Below are positions 46,371 through 60,548 of a stretch of 64,000 nt of DNA, in pieces. The notes below the pieces were generated by a model that was not told the DNA's origin, made no database searches, and saw only the letters and a program-made list of their open reading frames with translations. The stretch is taken from NCBI GenBank assembly GCA_965655095.1, contig OZ296650.1, positions 26,288,001 to 26,352,000 of the forward strand, given 5' to 3'. Numbering within the stretch: position 1 is the stretch's first letter; every line of letters starts with the position of its first letter. This DNA is from Haplodiscus bocki (taxonomy: Eukaryota). The position numbers and the translations under genes are program-made.

Positions 46371-49300
46371 CCCAAGACTTCATCTGGTAGTGAGGTTTGT
46401 TTTATGTAACCCATAAACACAAGGTAGTTTCTCGACCGAGGTGGAAATCCTCTCGCGACTCCAGTCGGCGCGCCATTTTCCATGGTAATTCGCAACCTCT
46501 CAAGAGTCCTTTTTCCAATTGAATTGTTTTCGTGTCAAATATTTGGGTGGAAAAGTTCATTCCGTTAACTTTGAACAATTGAAATTTAAAAATTGGAAAG
46601 AATGAGTTTTTTCTACAATTTCGGTCAATCAGGATTCTGATTGGTGCCAAAAAATTGAAAGATTTTGTCTAGAGAATATTTTAGAGAACAAAATTGTCAA
46701 TTAGAATCTTGAATAAAAATTTCAAGTCAGTAGCGTTGGAGAAATTTGAATTTCAAGGTTTGTGTTCACCAGACGCAGATTTTGTCATTTGCAGTGTATC
46801 ATGATTAGAATAGGGGGAAAAATCATCCTGATTCTTCTTAGAAAGGTAGCTTCAAGTAGACACTCTCAAAGTGAACCTTCACCGCAGATTGGAAGCAGGT
46901 GGTGCTCACAAAGATCCAGCTTCAAAATCGATGTGAGTGATAAGAAAAGTGCAATTTTTGGAAATCTGAGGCACTCAGCTATCCATTGGAGGGAGTCAAA
47001 AGCTTTCATTGATATGTTTTCAATTTAGCAAAAAAATTGCTTTGATTGAAATTGAGAGAGGGAGTTCAGTCTCTAGTTGTGAAGAAGAACGGGTCTGCGT
47101 ACCAGATTAACCTAAATCAGTGTGTAGTTTTCGGAAAATGTGGATCGTCAGTTTTTCGAGTGACAAATATCTTGATGAAACATTTCATAGCAACCATCCA
47201 GAAAAAGCAACTGTTGGTTTAAACTTGAATAGCAACAACTGAATAAGTTAGTAGTCTGGGAGAAAACTGATTTTGAAACCGAGATCTGCGAAAACTTAGA
47301 GCATTTTTGACTTTTCCGCGAGTTAGGACCTCAGAACGAGAACGAAAGACTTTCAAAACCGCATAGTCGATCAAAAGGAGAGAGCAGCTGAAGAAAACAT
47401 CCAAGGAAGGACTGAAGCACAATTGAAAGAGAAGTTTGAAACAGAACATCGAGTCAAGTCAAAAATGTTAACAGAACTTTGGCGTTTTCTGCCTTTAACA
47501 TTCCTACACAAGAAAAGAACTTCATATTTTTTCCAACACTTAAGCCTCGTCCAAAAACACTATGTCAAATGAGATCATGATGAAAACAACATTCGGCTAT
47601 TTTTGTAGATTTTTGACATTGATTGAATACAACATGTTTCATTTAAATAGTTATTGGAACTTTTTGGCTGTTTGAGCGTGTGTAAATCTCGACGCAAAAA
47701 AATTTATTTTAAATTTCCATCGAAAATCTTTCCCAAACAGGAAATCGTTGAATGGGATGTTTTCTGGACGAATATGTGAGGTAATGTAGATTTTTTGAGG
47801 GTTTCAAAAATGAGATAATCCATTTTTCATAGCTTTCAGTTCAATTTTCAGATTCCTGCGGATGAAACAAGATCGACCGTTTCCGGAACACACAATGTGA
47901 TTCACAAGTTTTCGATTCAGATTCTGATGAAAAAAATGAACCAAAAGTGCGCCGGAAACGGGATCTTATATATCAGAGAAAATCAACACTTACTGCTGTT
48001 TTCTTGAAAGGGGGTTCACGGGAAAGAGATGGGCGAAGGGGCATCACAGAACGTGATTTTCAATGAAAACCTTATTTGAAGACAGTTTGTGGTTTTTGCT
48101 TCCCTGGAAACAAAGTTAGTGATAAAAAAGCTTTCCAGGAGAACACGGAACAAGTTTTAATTTCATACGTAAATTTTTATGAAAATTTTTAAATGTTTTT
48201 CGGGTTTTCCATTTTTTCAGGGAAGTCGACAGAAAATCCCAAAGTTTACTAAAGGAATTGAGAGGTAGCAATGAGTGTCGTTTATGAATAAAAAGTGATT
48301 TTTCGGAATCTTTCTAACAAACTGATCAAAAACTCCTGGACGTTATCAAAGGTACAGAGAAGTTTTTCGGTTTTGATGAATGAGTAATTTACAACACTAC
48401 GTTAAAACTTGAAAAAAATTGTATTTTGGTAGGGTTTTTTCCAGATACAATAAGGTTAAACACGGTGGCCTTGTGTTCTGCAACGCAGCAAGTGGTCTGC
48501 AGCGAGAATCTGGGTGTCGTGAGCAATATCAGGAAAAGGAATAAACCACCAGAACTTGACTAACATTCATCGGAGTCTTTTTCGACGATTAATCAATCAT
48601 CTAGCAAAAACTACTCTATGAAACTCAAGGTTTTGATTTTTGCATTTTTCAAATTGTGACAATACTGGCCTTTCGTCTGAAATCCTAAAATTCTCGGCCG
48701 AACTTCAATTGAGAACTCCAACTTTTAACTTATCTTAGTTCTTCTGAAAAACCATCTCTGGAAACAAGGGTTTCGTCATTTTGAAGTATTAATCTTTGTT
48801 AGGTTTTCTTCAAACTGCGACTTGTCAGCGATTCAACGAACTTTAATCACATGCCCCGCCACAGGTACCAAATTTTGACACCTTCGTGACAGAAATCAAG
48901 TCTGTAAGTGTTGAGAATCACGAGTTCGAAAATCAATTTTTCTCAACCCTCTGGGCATTTCTCGACAATTTGGACTATCAGGTTTTGGACGCACGGCAGG
49001 AAAGTCAGATAGTTGAAATCATTAGCTCTTTTAAGACGGAACTCTGTCGACGGAGACCATGGCGAAACCCAAAACAAGATGTATCTGAGATTTTTCTCGA
49101 GATAAATCTTTCAAACTAGATAGGGGGCTTGTTCGTGGACTTCACGGTTTGTCAAAATTTAACTGCGTTGATCAAAACTGGATGTTTATGACTAGAGTGG
49201 CCCACTCCAAAATAAATACTGTTGGTGGAAACCCTGTAGGAAGGTAACACTGTGCTCTTCTGGAGATATATGAGTCTTACAACAACTGAGATTTATTATC

Positions 49301-50285
49301 AAATTATGATTTTCTGGATCTTCAGGACTATCAAGTTCCATACGCAAGCAACCAAATAGATAGTTTGGACACCAATTACCTTTTGAATCATTAGCGATAA
49401 ATTGTGCTGGACGAATCAACCTTGGAGTTGTATGGAAATTTGGGTTTGAAAGTCGAGATAAGAAAAAAAACACTTTTGTTGCAATTCCAGCTCATCATGA
49501 ACGAGGCAACGGATCGAAATACGATTTGGTAACCACATATACCCTGACAAAAAAAGCTGTCCGGTTAGTTTTTTAAATAATCATGCTCCATGCACGGTTA
49601 CCTTTTTTGATCCAAAAACTTTGTTTTCATAGAGGTGCCCCCAAATGTGAAAACATAAACCTGAGGGGTCGTTTCAGAAAAATTGGCACCTGCTGCAGAG
49701 GTGGGGTAGTTGAACAGTGAAATATAAAAACCGTTCGATAACTTTGGCTGATATGCTAATCGGCGGATGCTGCTAATGGTCTGCCCTGTTGTAGACGATA
49801 CTCTCAGAAACTTACTTTGCCATTAGCTCTGGGCCTTTAAAATGCTCAGCCCCGCGTACAAAATAACTGTACATATAAATTATCAAAGTCGTGGTCAGCA
49901 AAAAAGTACAATAAATCAGATGATTTACCTGATTTTTAAACGGGAATGCTACTATTCTAGACAAAGCAATTGCAAACAACATGAGGCGTCTTTTTTGAAT
50001 GTCCAAACATTTGGGCCGCGGTTTTATCAAGTTTAATCTATAAATGTGAGCAGCCAGGGCTTTAAATTTTAATTACCAGAGACTTGAGACCCTTGCAAGG
50101 ACCGAGTTTGACACTTTTCTCAAATCGTCCTCTGTATGTTGATACCAAAGGATCAAGATCTTTTAGACTGTGCATGATATCATATCTCCTCTATCATAAA
50201 CTCCAAAACACCCACTGCAAACTTTTTTCTGACCAGGAAGCCCAGCAACTCCAAGTAGCAGCCGCCAGCATTACTGATAACACTA

Positions 50286-51478
50286 CAGTGACCCCTCGCT
50301 ATAACGCGGTTCACTTTTCATGGTCCCGCTGCTACACGGATTTGCATCGTGCAATGTGTATTGCATTCTGATTGGCCAAACAATTTCTCTTATTCGTCTC
50401 TACTTGTGCTTCAATAACATTTCGGTTTAATATATGCATATGCGTAAAACAGCTTACCAAATTTACGTTCCGTATGTGCAAATTATCTTGCAATTTCAAG
50501 TTTCTCTACAACCCATCATGTCAACAAATTGTTCCACCGACAAGAAGACCTGCTGTCGGGGCTGAAAAGCAGAAGAAGATGCTAACTATTGCACAAAAAG
50601 TTGACCTGCTGGACATGCTAAAGGAAGGTAAAAGCTATGCGGCTACAAGTCGACATTACGGAATTAAGGAATCATCCGTTCGTTCCACGAAGAAGGAGGA
50701 GAATGATATAAAGACGACAGCAGCAATAAATTTCAATAAAGATGCAAAAAGGGTAAAGGGTTACAACTGTCAGTAACAAGAACATGGTAAGGATGGAGTC
50801 TGCATTGGTTTTGTGGATTATTGACTGCAGAAAAAAAACATTACGCTGGATACGAACATTATCTGCACAAAAGCTAGAACACTGTAGCACACCACTGACT
50901 CCGCATGACGTTATTGCCTCGATTGATGCAGACGCACATCAGCTAACCGATGCAGACCTGGCAGAAATGACAAAGCCACCGAGCGAAGATGAAAGAGAAG
51001 AGGACACAAGTGTGGATAAAGATGAGGAGGATGGACTAACACATGGTCGCCTATCAACCATGCTGCGAATGGCCACGGAACATCAGCGAGCAACTCATGA
51101 ATGGGACGTTTTGATGAGCCGTCCTTTACAATTCTCCAATATAATCGATGGTGGCATGTCTGTGTATAAGGATCTTTTTGCCCAGAAGTAAAAAGAGAGT
51201 CAACAACTGTCTATCACTATGTTCTTCTCTCGAAAAAACACACATGCACTACGGGCTTCAGAAGAAGAAAACGCTCCAGATTGCAGTCAGGATGCAGCGG
51301 CTCAGTCAGAAAAGCAGTGAAATACATGTGAGCCACTAATTGTCCAACTGTACATTGTGTTTTTTTTCATAATCGTTTTCCTTTTTCTCCCCTCCAAAAA
51401 AATGTTTCTACTTCACAGATTTGGTTTATCACTCGTTCTTTTTGGAATGTAACCCCCGCAAAAAATGAGGGTTCACTA
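50286..51478 (+). mobile_element. Tigger/pogo (Tc1/mariner superfamily) element, internally deleted
   Basis: TA|CAGTGACCCCTCG at the left and GAGGGTTCACTA|CA at the right (decayed TIR/TSD). CENP-B-type HTH KKMLTIAQKVDLLDMLKEGKSYAATSRHYGIKESSVR and RMESALVLWIIDCRKK is joined directly to the acidic C-terminus; no DDE domain. Confidence 0.88.
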
Positions 51479-51549
51479 CATAGTTTCGAAGCATCGAAGG
51501 TTTCACTGAGAGAATTGAAGCTTAAGGGAAGGCGCAGTCACAAAAATCA

Positions 51550-54300
51550 TCAAAATCACAATATTCAATTTTCTCCAGAATATAAACTATCAACTTACAA
51601 AGGACAATATAATGTATAGTATTATAAATTCACAAAACTTTGTAAAGATTCGAAAGCATTTAAACGTTTGAAGAAACAAGTTGAGGTAATCCCAATTTTG
51701 GCTTTTGTCTGGGATAAATGACTACTTTCATTTTTTTGAAGCCCTTGCGTCTGGCTCCTCCTTTTTTTCTCTTGGATTTTATCTGATCTTGTGATACTAT
51801 ATTGAAGCAGTTGGTATTATGCGTTGAAGCAGTTAACCTAGTCCCTTTCTTGATAACTTTTGCCCAAGTTGTGACTCAGATCAAGCAGTGTTAGAGAATA
51901 GATTATCAAGGTCTATCGAAGACTCTTGGAACTTGAATTGATCAGTTAACCAAATTACCCAACATATGTCCCTTTTTTGTCGTTTCATTTGCTGATGATG
52001 AGTTTAGCTGCCTTTTAGACATTTCTAAAACAACCGGTAACTTAAAAAACATGGCAATTGAGCGAGCGATCTTGTTTTTCTCTTTCTCCACAACTTTACT
52101 ATGGTTCGGATTTATTGGAAAAAGTTTGACTCGTTTTGCTTCCTATGTTATCTGAAACTCAGCTGCAACTTGCACCAAGCTGCTGCTGAGACAGTTTTCC
52201 TATTTCCCTTTTTGTCCCAAACGCGGCCTTTTTACTTGCCATCGTTACTGGGAACGACTGCTAAATAATCTTCGAGCCTCCGAAAAACTTGTAACTCGTT
52301 AATTCATTTGTTCTTCGGAGAAAATTCTTTTCAGTATAGGCTAACGACACCAATTCCACACTAGATAAATGAAAGTAAAGCATGTCCATGCCACTTACGA
52401 GCGTAGTAAATTGTTGAGTTGACAACCGGGTGAAACTTCTTTCATTCGTCTTGCTGGAGAGATGAAGGTACCACTGATGGTGAAAGAGTGCGTGTAAGAC
52501 AAACCTTGAGTTTGCCTGAAAATATATCCAATAGATGGGGGCCATTGTTCCGAGAACAACATCATAGTTTTTTAAAAAAACCTTACGTTGGCTTGAAAAG
52601 GAAATGCTGCGAGGTCAATTTTCGAGTTTTTCTGAGAACGATTTTGTTAAATTGGGGAAGAATTGCTGCTGAGACAGGTTCTGAGCGTGTCTTAGAATAA
52701 TTCTGATTGATGGAGAACGAAATACAATCGAGGCAAAAACTTGACTGTGTCTGAGAAGAACTCCCATGAACTGAGAAGGAAAGGCAAGTAGGACAAGTTC
52801 TGATTAGAATCTCATTCAGATGAATATTTGAGATAGATAGATTTTGTTTGCTTGAGGAGAAGCAGAGCAGTTTTTAAAAAAAGGCGTGAATTAGGGAGAT
52901 GAGAGGGCAGGCGGAGAACAGGAGTAGTAACGGCTGCAAGTTAACAGATGCAAATGAACAAAGGGCAAGCAAATGCTTTTGTGACTGAGCTTTTGGTCTT
53001 TAGACTCAAATTGGTCACTCGACCAGCTATGTGACCAAACATGTTGAACCTGCAGTCAATAACAGATCTCCATTATGCTGGCGATGAAGATTTTTTATTA
53101 CGGTGAAATTACTCCTGAAAATGTACGATTTTCTCCGAGTAAATCTCGTCACCTCTTGTCGTCAGCCCGAAACGGGCAAATATTCACAATCAAATAATTG
53201 TAGTTCAGAAACCCCCGCACTTTTTTTCGTTCCCGGCCCAGCAGTGGCCTGTATTTATCCTGTAACTAGATATGTTGCAACTTTCTCAATGTACGCCTGG
53301 AAGGCAGTATCTGTTCCCTTTTAAACGTAATTTACTCGTATTTTAATATTTATCAGAAAAACAGACTGCGTTAATCATTTTCGGTTTTTGTCCGAAGTTT
53401 TATAACTCTTCCGTTTTTCAATTGTTCTCCAATCTCGTGAGGTTAGTTGTGGAGTTTTGGCCAATTTCTTTGTTTTATCTTCTTCGTTTCTCATAAAGTT
53501 TGACCATCAGTCGTAGCCTGATAGCCCTCCGCCCTGAAAGGGAAAGAGAATTGATCGGCGAGTCTTACGGAACGGAAGGAAGAGAGAGGTTCGAGTGTAT
53601 GTTTCGTGAGCAGGGCGCTAGACGAAGGCCTTCTCTGGAAGGTGTGTCATTCACAAGGTCTACGTCGGTTTCGGTAAAGAATTTAGACTGCACGATGAGT
53701 ATGCATAGTTCATCAGCCAAAGCTTCGTCCTTAATAGATGAAAATTGCCATCTGAAACGAGGTTCTCGTGTCGGTTGAATTGTTTGAATGAAAGTATCAA
53801 GTTGGTCCTGCTGGACCCGGAGGCTAAGACGAACGACATCAAGGACAAGCCACAGAAAGGAGCCGTCATGTTCGTTTGAAAAAAAGTGGAAGCGATGTTT
53901 GCAGTATTGGAACCATATGGATGAAATTTAATGGTGAAGTTTTTGACTTAAAAGGCTTATAACTCGACAGTAATGAAAAATAGAAGAGTGTTGGACTGAC
54001 TTTGCAGAGTCAAAAACCATATTATGGGAAAGTACTTCCAGAAAAAAATTGCTTCAAGATCCGGAAAGTGATTGGCATACAAAAGGACAATTTGCAGTGC
54101 AAGCCGGGTGTTACTGATTTTTTGTGTGCGAAATGATCTTCGAAGAGCTTGACCAGGACTGTAGGGCTAGCAGCTACAACACTTGTGGGCAAAAAAGAGC
54201 TAGTTAGTTGGTGGGACAAGCTTTAAGATGTTGATGTAGAAGATGCAGACGCATCGCAGTTGCCCCTGAGGATAATACGAAAAACAAACATATTTGGGCG
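51550..54300 (-). mobile_element. Old, degraded CR1-group LINE
   Basis: Weak minus-strand traces in expected order: Cys-containing ORF1-like start ~53850, VSELQL APE-like segment ~53200, FHHQW RT N-terminal-like ~52475, and a KDLG-like region ~51960. Confidence 0.4.
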
Positions 54301-54399
54301 TTCAATTTTTTCGAAAACTAAAGGACTCCAGCCAACTTACGCTCGGTGAATCAAAAGAATGTTGCTAGAGCGAGGGCCCAACAAAGTGATTCAGGGGAT

Positions 54400-56350
54400 T
54401 GTTTTGTGAGTAAGGAATATTTTTCTGAACTCGGAGGACCATTAGTTGTCAAGTGTACCGCCCTTAGTTTTCAGATTCGAAGTGTTGATGAAGTTGAGCA
54501 ACCGTTATTTGTGCAGCATCAAGATACTAAAATTGTTTGAGATGAGCTGCGGGAAAATTTTGTTTCATTGGGGTACTCCGTTGAACAGAAAAATTTGAAT
54601 CAACTCGACATTGTAACGCTTTGACCCAAAACGGTTGGACTTGTTCTTCATTTTGAGAAGGGCAAGTTTCGAAAAGAGAAGCGTTTTTGGCAAAAAAATT
54701 GGAATTTTTTTTCATGTTGCTTCTGTAAAAAAAGCTAAATGTACTTACGAGAAATAACATGTTGAACAAGACTGCAGGTTAGCACCGCCAAAAATTTTGA
54801 CGAACTGCAAAAGATTTTGCCAAACTTCGCAATTATTTTGAAAACGAGAATGCGGATTTCAGTCTAGTTTTCAAGTCTTTTTCAGACACGTTAATTCCAC
54901 CTGTATTTCTACAACGCTTGGCATTATTTATTTTCCATGACTTCGAAGCAAAGTATTATAGGTGTTTTTCGGAATCTTTTATTGAAAATTTGAAGCTATC
55001 GCGTAAGGTCTTCGTATTGGAAATCCAGTCGGTACTTTCAGATAGATGAGTTCGATTTCAAAGAGAAACCAAATCGTACCTTTGCCGATTTCGGTTTCTG
55101 AGAATCCGACTGCATGGCAGACATTTTGCTAAATTTTTATCGCGTAAGCTTGTACAGAGAAAAAAATTGTCCACTGACACTCTGGTTGAAAAAGTCCCGT
55201 CGACAGAATTGAAGATAGACAAATCTAAGTCTCAAAAAGAACCAAATTCAGTTGCATGTTGTGGAAATCTCAGCCAAACGAGTCTTCTGTCCACAACGGA
55301 AATTGATGCAAAATCTCAATTCAAAAATCTTCAACATATAAAATTTGTCATTTGACGTCTTAACGAAGAAATGCCGCAGATATTCCTCGAAAGATATTGG
55401 TTCTATTGCAGAAAAGCGTCAAACATACGCATAACTTTGGTTTCATCAAATTTTTGAGGAAAAAATGAAAAAAAGGGATAGATTTGGAAACTTTTTGTAG
55501 AAGATACAAAATGTTTGACTAGAACCTTGACGCAAAGGAATCATCACGGTTGCTTTCAGTGATTTCGAGTTCTATTAAAAAAATGATTTGACCCAAAAAT
55601 CATTTTTGGGCTAGCTTGGCGCTTTACAATTCCGTTGCATGGAGCTAAAAGCATTAATCGGCAAGCAGTAAATTTTCCTCGGAAACATAAATGTCAATTG
55701 ACACCAAAGAGGAAGAAGTATAGCCTGTATAATCAGAGATCAAAGGGTTTGATTCTCAAAAAAAACGAAACTTTTCCACTTTCTGACTTTTTCGGTCCAA
55801 ATAGTTTCAATAAAAAACAAAAAGTTTGACAAACCTTCATCAAACAAGTTGTTCTCATTGTTTCGTAGCAATTGCAAAGTCGTTGATTAATTTCCCCATG
55901 CGAGATAATTAACCGGGTGTTCCGAAATTGAATAGAGGTATCCATAGAAATCTTACAACTTTGCATTTTTTGGCTCTTTTCACCTATCAAGTTTACGCTG
56001 CGAGGAAACTAACGCAACAATTAACATTCGCAAATGGCTTTGAAAGTAATAACGAAAACAACTGATACCTTGAGGAAAGAAATGGAGCCACTGGTTTTTG
56101 AGAGAAACAGGCGTGTCTTTCGGTAAAAACAGGACAACTTCCTGCTTTTCGCTATATCGGTCCATAAAATTTGCTGCATAATATAATTTTCCAGGAATTG
56201 TACAGTTGAATGATGTCCGGTAGATAAATTTTTGTCGATTGCGACATTGATAACAGAAATCCGAAACGTGGTTTCGAAAGAAATAGAATGTGTTTATCGA
56301 GACAGTTCAGACAGTTTGGCAATTATCGACAAACTCCACATATGAAGATT
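54400..56350 (-). pseudogene. Further decayed Polinton-type PolB remnant
   Basis: EVVLFLPKD..LKNQWLHFFPQ..YYFQSHL and LQCRVDSNFS..KQNFPAAH (cf. YILEVDLEYP..DFPLAP). Confidence 0.35.
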
Positions 56351-56369
56351 TTCTTCCGGGCAACCAAAC

Positions 56370-58250
56370 GCTATAAGGGACATTCGAATAGCCATATAGA
56401 ACCTGCAAAAACGTAAACTGAGACCACAATTGCAGAAATGTAGCCGGTGGTTTTGTAAATGAGATTTGAATTTCGAACAACTTCAATCCAATACACCCTT
56501 TTGGGTACTTCCGTCAATAAATGTTGAGATGTAGTAACCAGAAACAAAGAGACTGTTAAAGATGCACGTTCCGCAAGTAGAAAAACTGTCGCATGAAGCA
56601 GTGACGGAAGTGATTTAGCCGGTAGTATTAAAGACACCTGAGTCTCATTATCAAGATTGGTCATGCGTAATCAACTTTTTGCTAATTTCGGTCAAAGAGG
56701 TTTTGGTGTTGAAGTGAAATGACCAGAACATTGCCAGTGACCAGGCGTTTCAGAACGTTTGATTTCGCTGCCGGTTCTCTGCAAGCACTGTGTACTATAC
56801 TAAGAAGCTTTTCCCCACGAAAATTACTTGAATTACATGCGCGCAGAAAACTGGTCACTTGGAACACAATGGCCAATGTGTTTAATTAAAAAAAACAACC
56901 TCTGGTTATCAGTTAAAGTAGTGATTACACGTGGGCATCCCGAAAGTATCAATAACTGTCTCAAGGTTGGAGGCCGCCATCAATATCGCTCTTCTCAGTG
57001 CGTCTTTGAAAGCCCTAAGACTTCGCTCCACTAAGCACTCTTGCTAGAATACCTCGAAGAACGTTGACCAACTCCTACTGAACTTTTGCCTCACTTCTCC
57101 TCGGAGAACAATCCAGAACAACAAGTCCTCATTTACTGCTTCTTTTTAGGTCTCAACTTCTTCAATAGACTTTCGGTACAACGGGGGACGAACTAAAGCA
57201 GACAAAGCCTGTCCAACGCTGGAAAAAATCTCAACGAAGCGAGTTGTGACATCATCCGGTATAAAGTTCGTTAATAAACGAGTGATAGACGTGGCTGTCA
57301 AAGGGTGAAGATATTCATTTCAATCATTAAAGTATTGAATGTTTTAATTCTGATTTGACCATCTGCCAGCATTTAAGTCTGCATACGAGTTAAGGACACA
57401 TTGACGAACGATACTCAGACGTTACCCACCTTAATTTTCCCATTCGTCGAATCGTTCACATCTTATAATATTCAATTTATACCGATAAACACTCGACATC
57501 ATGAATTCTGTTTTTAACCGCGGTCATCTCAGAGGAAAAGAAAACCGACCCCTTCTGTGTTTTTTTAGTCATATGTTCAAGTCATTCTCTAACGTTCTGT
57601 AGCTGTCAGCACATTTAAAATTTCCAATGCTCTTCAAAACGATCATAATCACTTTCTTTGACTCTTTATCGACCGCTTCTGACGTTTTTCTTTCGAGTAC
57701 TCGTAAAGGGAGCAGAACTCTATAAGACCTAACAAGCCGGAAATCCTTAACTTTACGAAAAGTTCCGGAGTTCATCACAAATTAATCCATAGCATGCCCG
57801 GAACCACAAATTGCCAAGACAAGCTGGGAAGAGCCTGAGTTAACTATTCCCTACGAATATGAAAGACAAAGGCCCATCATTGCCGTTGGTTTCCTGGACC
57901 CAGATATACCGATACACCTTTTTTTTGTGGTGGCAACGGTGGAAAATGTACAAACAACGGAAGACCAACAGATGCACACGGACAACCCTCAGTCATTGGT
58001 GCCGTCAAAGCATCGTTGGTTGCAGGTACTTCTTGGTTTTATGAACAAGGCACGATTTGTTTCTCGTCGACTTTCTCCACGCCGCTGGCGCCGAGAAAAC
58101 AAAAAAGGAAAGTTGAATCTGGGAATGTCTTTTCCCAAAAAATTGGCAATACCGCAGGACACCTGCGAATCTTGCCGGCAACCATTACTCGTTAAAAAGA
58201 CATGCCAGGAATTAGAATAAACTGAAAATCTGCATTTGACGGCAAACAAA
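56370..58250 (-). mobile_element. Decayed Ty3/Gypsy gag-pol fragments
   Basis: AIVFQVTSFL..GEKLLSIVHSA..EPAAKSNVLKRL (RNase H-like) and EVPKRVYWIEV (pre-integrase RFYWP-like); Cys/His-rich remnant near 57930-58030. Confidence 0.4.
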
Positions 58251-58889
58251 TACTTCTGTTATTCTCCTGTAACTAGCATGTGAAGTGATCGGTAAACAAA
58301 CAGATGACCCTAGAGCAATGATTCGGATTAGAATAACCGTTGCGGAACGAAACAACTGTTTCCTTGTTATTTAATCAAAAGGTGTTACATGGAAAAATAT
58401 TCTTTCTTTACTTGTATGTATTCACCGTATTAATTCTTCTAAAAATGCCGCAAATTCCGTCGATCTGACATTTTCGATGAAAGTGACAATTGCAACTGAA
58501 GCTAACCAAATCTGAACCTGGGAGTGATTTTTTGTTCCGTACGTTTTCCGTCACTGCTTGTCTGGTGACGTCTGAGCAAATCATTCCCAATACTAGATTG
58601 CTTCTACGCGGTGCCGAGATAACCAGCTGTGGAGCTGTTCCGCATTCACTCCTTTTGCTTCATGGCAACGCTGCTGTCATTAGCGCTACAAGCAAATACG
58701 GAACCGATTTGGAAGGGTTCGGCCAAAATCAAGATTGGACTAGGAACATTCCTAATCATCATTTAGTTTTCAACTATTTTTCTTCCATTTGTCGACATTC
58801 TCATCTGCGATTTGAATTCGTTGGTGCTTTAGTTTCAAATATACCAATCATTAGAGCCATTTGATGTCATGTTTTCAATAAATTTTAAC

Positions 58890-59715
58890 ATGTCGGCCCG
58901 GTGAAAAAGGCTTCCATGTCCATTTTAGACAAAATGGACCCTTAAATTTGGGTCGAAAGATGGAAAAACCGCAGTTTTTGAGAAAAAAACAGGATGGAAA
59001 GGTGTTTCCTGCCAAGCAGAATCGGCTTTTTAGCTTTGTAAGAGTTCTGATTGAATTTCTTTTCCTTACTTTTCTACTTGAATTGCCGTGTCAATAATTT
59101 TGTTTCCCGCCAACGAAAAGATGGTAAAAGGAAAAACAAAATTACTAAAGAGATTGAAAAGAACTGAACCGTTTGTCACCAATGGTAATTGTATCAATAA
59201 TGATTGTCAAGCTCATTAAAATTATTTTTACAAAGTTGGAATTAAATAGACAGAAACTGGTTGTGTCTTCAACATTGATCCGCTTTTTTCCCTTCAAAAT
59301 GGCAACCTTAGGAAACAAATGCAAGATGGCGGCAGTTGCTAGAGATAAGCAGGATGGCTCTGGAAGAAAAACTATTCAGAAAAATCCTGGAATACCGGTT
59401 GCTAGAATAAACAACAAGTACTCCACTTAAGTGTCGCAGGTGATGGAGGACGGGGTAACCGAAAAAGTATCTCATCTTTTCTGTGCGAGAGAATGCTGAT
59501 TTCTGGGTATTTTTATCAAACATGTGGAATTTTTTCTGAAACTAAAGTTCCGCGTGCAATAAGGAATCGTTTTGCGAGCATCCCGGAACATGAAGGTGGA
59601 AAACTAATTACCGACCGAGGAGCGTTTCGAGATTGGGCTCGCCCTGAAATAGATGCCTCCATCTAACGGTCTACTCAATCCACTGATACAGACCTAGAAG
59701 AGACATCCTACAGTG
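58890..59715 (+). mobile_element. Second copy of the LTR/gag-start repeat family seen at 17410-18410
   Basis: TTTCCCTTCAAAATGGCAACCTTAGGAAACAA parallels TTTCCCGTAGAAGTGGTAACTCTTGGGAACAA at ~17993; similar peptide. Confidence 0.45.
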
Positions 59716-59827
59716 TTGTAACACACTCTTTACACGGGCTCTCCTAACCAAGTCACAGTTGTCAGAAAACAGTAATTTCAGATCGTTTTGATGCATCTCT
59801 GATCTTTGTCGAAACATGCGGGTTTCC

Positions 59828-60027
59828 NNNNNNNNNNNNNNNNNNNNNNNNNNNNNNNNNNNNNNNNNNNNNNNNNNNNNNNNNNNNNNNNNNNNNNNNN
59901 NNNNNNNNNNNNNNNNNNNNNNNNNNNNNNNNNNNNNNNNNNNNNNNNNNNNNNNNNNNNNNNNNNNNNNNNNNNNNNNNNNNNNNNNNNNNNNNNNNNN
60001 NNNNNNNNNNNNNNNNNNNNNNNNNNN
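59828..60027. other. Assembly gap (200 N)
   Basis: Exactly 200 Ns, a fixed-size scaffold join. Confidence 0.99.
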
Positions 60028-60029
60028 AC

Positions 60030-60548
60030 TGAATCGATTTTAAAGTTTTGCGCCATATTGAAAATATGGAAAGCAAAATTTTCCTCTCGAATAGGTGCGT
60101 TTTTTTATTCAATGTTTGCCAATTGAGCTCGCGCAAACGAGCCAACATCAGTTGTTCACATGTCTGATTTTTTTTTCCATCAAATTGTAGCAAATTTGCC
60201 GGAGAATGCTACTGAAATAGTGAGATTTCTCAAAACGTTCAAAATTTGGTTTTAAAAAAAATATATCTGGGTTTTTCGATACAAAACTTAATTTTTTTTA
60301 AAGAATCGCTAAAGGTATAAAGTTTGCTCTAGAAGGCGTATCGAATGGTTTTGTTCAAATATGTGTTTTCCGCCTTAATTATGACGTTTTTTGCCAAAAA
60401 AAATCAGAAAATTTTGAACGTTGGAAAAATTAGAAAATATGATAAAGAAAGAGTTTTTTTTCGAGAAAAAAAGATTTTCATCTTTTAAAAGTGCATCTTT
60501 ACCAAATTGGGAAGGCGCAAAATATTCCGGTAGTAGCCGGCCGTCTGG
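60030..60548 (+). mobile_element. Second copy of the Helitron-like repeat (5' part lost in the gap)
   Basis: TTTGCGCCAT..ATGGAAAGCA..TTTGCCAATTGAGCT.GCG.AAACGAGCCAACA shared with 40311-40409; ends in hairpin CCGG-TAGTAG-CCGG then CTGG|T (CTRR). Confidence 0.65.

Noticed and set aside
46400-47450. Possible degraded LINE endonuclease region on the minus strand
   Set aside because: Motifs too eroded to support a call by eye.
59762-60193. ORFs spanning the N run
   Set aside because: Assembly-gap artefacts; adjacency across the gap is not established.
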